A stretch of 64,000 nucleotides of DNA, from assembly GCA_963514005.1 (NCBI GenBank), contig OY740789.1, positions 13,082,001-13,146,000 of the forward strand, read 5' to 3'. The position numbers were made by a program, and so were the translations under genes. Position 1 is the first letter of the stretch. The number at the start of each line of letters is the position of its first letter. This stretch comes from Raja brachyura. Taxonomy: Eukaryota. The notes beneath the pieces are model-generated. The model searched no databases. It saw only the letters and a list, made by a program, of their open reading frames with translations, and was not told where the DNA came from. Positions 59,701-64,000 of this stretch are shown here, one piece after another.

Positions 59701-61336
59701 GTGCAAAACAGAGTAACAGTGCACACTTAAATATATTTCATTAGTTAAAAATAATTTTCTGAGCGTGCTATGAAAGGAAATGTATAATGCAAGCCATTTT
59801 TCTTTATTAAAGGTCATTTCAAATATAGCTACTTCAGCTATAAAACACCACATTTGTCTCACAGCTATCATTATTGTCGTTGTGATCAGCACATAGCTGT
59901 CATTTTCCAACTGCCTGCGGTTTGACCCTGCTTCACAGATTATACATAGGCAATTAGGACAACATATTCTATTCTGTAACTATCTACTGGGAAGTCAGTG
60001 ACTTGCAATCAAGCAAAGCCTAAATATGGATACAACAATAATCTAATTTTTTTATGAATTAAACATGCACCATGCTAAAAATTAACTGTATCAGGATAAG
60101 CTACTTGCAAATTCTGTCTTGCAATCAAATCAGTTTTCAAATTTAGCAAGCAGAAGTCAGGTGCATCTCTGCATGAGGGAAACAAAAAATATTGAGGTAT
60201 ATCCACACATTTTCCATAATGGATTCCTGCCAGTTGGATAAAATAGACACAGCCGGTTGCACATGAAAATTTGGCTGCCTGCCCTGTTCTCTTTGTTGCA
60301 TCAACGGTGACCTTGGAAAAATGCCACTGTGGCAATGCATACACCCCAAATAAAAAAATAAGGCACACTGCTCACTTTCCATCGACTGACCGAAAGTACG
60401 ATGTCAAAATGTTTTTAAAATGTGACTTTGATCTTAGTTTTCAAATCCGGAGTTTAAAGATTAGCGTTCAAAACACCTGATAAACACCTCACGGGATTGA
60501 CACATTTCACTCCTTAGCACATTCTAGTCATGGTGATTTTCCACTGCAACACATTTGCATTTAGATATTGGATGCCCAATAGCTTAAATTTGTCTGGGGT
60601 GCAACAGCCACAGTAATAAAATGTAACTGACATAAAAATCATTGAACTACATAAAGTATTGGAAAACTGGAGACATTTGAAAACTGATTTATAACTTTCA
60701 TTTTATTTAGTATTTTAGTAAAGTAAAAAGATCACAAGGAGATACACAAAAGTATTTAGACAAAATAAACTCAAAACCCTGTTAGAAATGCTAATATCAG
60801 TAGTGCACAGCATTTTTTCAAGAGGTAGTTAAAAGACCAGTAAAGATAAACCAGAAATGTAAACTGGCCAGATTATAAAGCTCATATCTGGGCAGCAAAA
60901 CGTATTGGCCTAAAGAAAGACACAAAGTTCTGGAGTGACTCAACGGGTCAGGAAGCATCTGTGGAGAAAATCGATTGGTGACACTTTTTTAGACCCCACA
61001 GGTTGTGCTGAAGGAATTTAGGAACCATAAATATGGAATACATCTCAAAAGATATTCTTCACCATCACAGTCCATCTCTGTATTAGAACCTAATCTCAAC
61101 TATCTCCCTCCCCACCACCACCACCCAATTTTGATTTGACCACTTTGAGTAAACACATTCAATGCACGTAAAAAAATTCTGGAGTATTAATCTTTATCTT
61201 AGTCCACACATTTAGTTTGATATTCTGTCCTTTCTATCATTGTTATTACCCGCTGCCAACTGTTATTACCCCAATATGAGAATTAGATACAATTCTAGAA
61301 AGAGTATATTTGGAACAAACCTCTCACTTCTGGGTA

Positions 61337-61650
61337 AGACACAGAATGCTGGAGTAACTCAGCAGGACAGGCAGCATCTCTGGAGAGAAGGAATGGATGA
61401 CATTTCCGGTCGAGACCCTTCTTCAGACTGACGTCAAGGAGGAGGGAGATAGATGGATAAAGAAATGTGAAGGTATGAAAACAATGCAAAGGGAATGGAG
61501 ATCAAGGAAAATGCAAAATAGATTATTGTTAGCTGGGAGAAGGTACCAACAAAGCAAACAGAGATAAAATGGAGTCGGAGACAGTAAGACTGGCCGGAGA
61601 ATTGGGAAGGGATGGAGAGAGAAGGAAAGCAAGAGTTTCTTGAAGTGACT
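61337..61650 (-). mobile_element. Penelope 3'-terminal insertion
   Basis: 16-bp TSD (1 mismatch) ctctcacttctgrgta at 61321-61336 and 61651-61666. Confidence 0.75.
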
Positions 61651-62819
61651 CTCTCACTTCTGAGTATTGCAACTCAAGAAGACGACAGTGACCTGGGGAG
61701 AGGACTAATGGAAATTCATCATAATGATAAACGGATAAATTGCAAGGACACGCTGCATAATTGCGGCTTATGTTTGTTGACTATCAAAGGTGAGAGTGTG
61801 ATCAAACTGAGATGACACAAAGGACCTGAAAGTTAGAGGTGATTGTTTAAGGGTGATATTCAGTAACATTTCTTCATCCGAATGGTAGTGAAAATGTGGC
61901 ATTCACCCTCCAAAGCTGCTGAGACTAGGTTAGTTAAAAAAATATCAAAACTAAGATGTGTACTAACCTATTTGGTAAGGGGATTCAAGAGGCATAAAAA
62001 AAGGCAAACTGAGTCGAGGAACAAATCAGCCCCGAATAGAAGAAACATCTGCAGCTGCATGCCCTAACTCTGGTCCTCCGTTTCGAACACTGTCCCGGAT
62101 GCCCAACAATGTTGAGAATTGGTTTAAAACTGATGTATTATGATGACAGCACCAAAGCAGCTGTATATTTTTTTCAAACAGTTGGCAATAGGAAACCCTA
62201 CAAAACCTTAGTTCGAAACAGCAAACATATTACGGAAAAGAGTAAATCAGTGTGCAGATTTTGATCCAATGCTCACAAGGCCAGCTATTCTCAATGTGTA
62301 GTTCAGCAGGAGGGATTTAGGCTTCCTACACATGTGAGAGACATGTACCTAACTTGGAACGTGTTCACAGACATAGTTCCATGTTAAATAACTATAAATA
62401 CTGTAAATAAATGCACATCAACAGTATTATGAGCTACAATGCTCCGTTTTCAGGTTTTTAAAAAAAACGTCTTCATCTACCCAAGAAAGTCATCCAAAAT
62501 GTTATAACTGGACTAATTATCTCAATTATAAAGTCAGTTTGGGGTATATCAACTACACAAGGATGCTGTTATGTGTACATGAAGCTCAGTATAAATAAAT
62601 CTCTCGTTAAGTCAAACCTCTCTGAACACTGAAAGGCTCAAAGTTAACATTTCAGGATAAATGAAAGGTCATTAACCTGGCAATTAACTAAGTTTCTCTC
62701 TCCACAGATGCCACCCTGATCTGGTGATTGTCTCCAGGATTGTATGTATTATTTTAGATTGCTAGCTTATGTAGATTGTTCTTATTCATGTATCACTGAA
62801 AACTGCCATTGTGTCTTAC

Positions 62820-62956
62820 CTTCAAATAAGACCTTGTATTCAAGAAGGTTGTTAGCACTGAGCCTTTCTTTAATCTGTTTCTTCCATCTCAGTTCCCAGG
62901 CCAGCACCCAAAAACAAAAGGAGATCAGGAATGTCAAGATACATGTCCTCTGACCA
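62820..62956 (-). other. AREL1: Upstream AREL1 exon with open frame GQRTCILTFLISFCFWVLAWELRWKKQIKERLSANNLLEYKVLFE(D)
   Basis: GAAG|GTAAGA donor; candidate tttgcag acceptor, so the 5' boundary is uncertain; hydrophobic stretch followed by WELRWKK; phase matches the exon at 56358. Confidence 0.65.
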
Positions 62957-63619
62957 CTGCAAATCAGCATGTATAATGAATCACAAGTTTCAGAATTCAG
63001 TTAAAACATTGAGAATATCACAACTCTGCTGTTGTTTGCTGTAAATTAATTTTGGCAGCACAATAATATCTGCAATGTTCCATGCTGAACTAGACTGGTA
63101 ACACCATTCACTCCCAAAGCCACACGTGAGCAAATCATGATTTTAATTTCATTGTCCAAGTTATTTCTAAGAGGGACTCCATTCTTTGAGAAGGAAAAAA
63201 AACCCCGAAAAAAATACATGAAAATTAGTGTCGTACAGCATTATAAAAGAATTACAAGGTTGGATTTATCTGGGATTATATTAGTTAGTGAGCCAAAATT
63301 AAAATTTTCTGTTACAACTCCCAGCCACCAAGGTACTTAGGTAATGCAGAGAAATGTCTGCCCTGATTAGGTCTTCTGAAAATCCTACAGTACTCCAAGA
63401 TCAAGATTTTATTTGTACTCTTGTTTGCAAAAAAACAGAACTCAATGACCCGATGGGCAATTGCATGGTCCAATTAATGTACCTAGGCCCAGAGTCAACA
63501 GACAGGATGAGTTCTTGATACTAATTTGAAATATATATTGTTTTACACTCTTAATCAAGGTCATTGTGTACCTATGATCAAAACCCAAGACTGTCCCTTT
63601 CTTGCCACAAATGAAGGCT

Positions 63620-64000
63620 GTCATAGACATAGAAACATAGAAAATATGTGCAGGAGGTGGCCATTTGGCCCTTCGAGCCAGCACCGCCATTCATTGTGAT
63701 CATGGTTGATCGTCCCCAATCAATAATCCGTGCCTGCCTTCTCCCCATATCCCTTGATTCCAACTAGCCCACAGAGTTCTACCTAACTCTCTTTTAAGTT
63801 CATCCAGCGAATTGGCCTCCACTGCCCTCCAGTACATCTGGGAGATTGTTTGTGCCTTCCTTAGTGAAGACAGATCCGAAGTACCTGTTCAACTCTTCTG
63901 CCATTTACTTGTTACCCATAATAATTTCACCCGTGTCTGCCTTCAAGGGACCCACATTTGACTTTGCTACTCTTTTTCCCTTAACTTATCTAAAGAATCT
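63620..64000 (-). mobile_element. CR1-like LINE 3' end with (catagaaa)n tail plus an adjacent internal fragment, cut by the window edge
   Basis: catagacatagaaacatagaaa tail; ggccatttggcccttcgagccagcaccgccattca. Confidence 0.7.

Overview
Vertebrate genomic DNA. The repeat complement (HE1/V-SINE-like, CR1, Rex1-like, L1/Tx1-like and Penelope-derived elements) suggests a cartilaginous fish, probably a skate or ray; this is an inference. Almost the whole window is one minus-strand multi-exon gene, AREL1 (filamin-like repeat plus HECT E3 ubiquitin ligase). I reconstructed 18 coding exons from ATG 52804 to TAA 2858. They total 2469 nt (822 aa), all splice phases are consistent, and one intron is GC-AG. 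Three further upstream exons (62820-62956, 56209-56358, 52969-53174) keep phase-compatible splice sites and resemble the longer N-terminus I recall from teleost Arel1, but two carry frameshifts or stops. The introns hold a ~3.8-kb Penelope-like retroelement (RT plus GIY-YIG) nested in a PIF/Harbinger-like MITE. They also hold about 20 copies of a Penelope terminal module with a minimal hammerhead-ribozyme-like core (CTGAAGAAGGGTCTCGACCCGAAACGTC). Several of these modules are fold-back insertions with 12-18-bp target-site duplications. Family assignments come from motif recognition and memory, not database searches.
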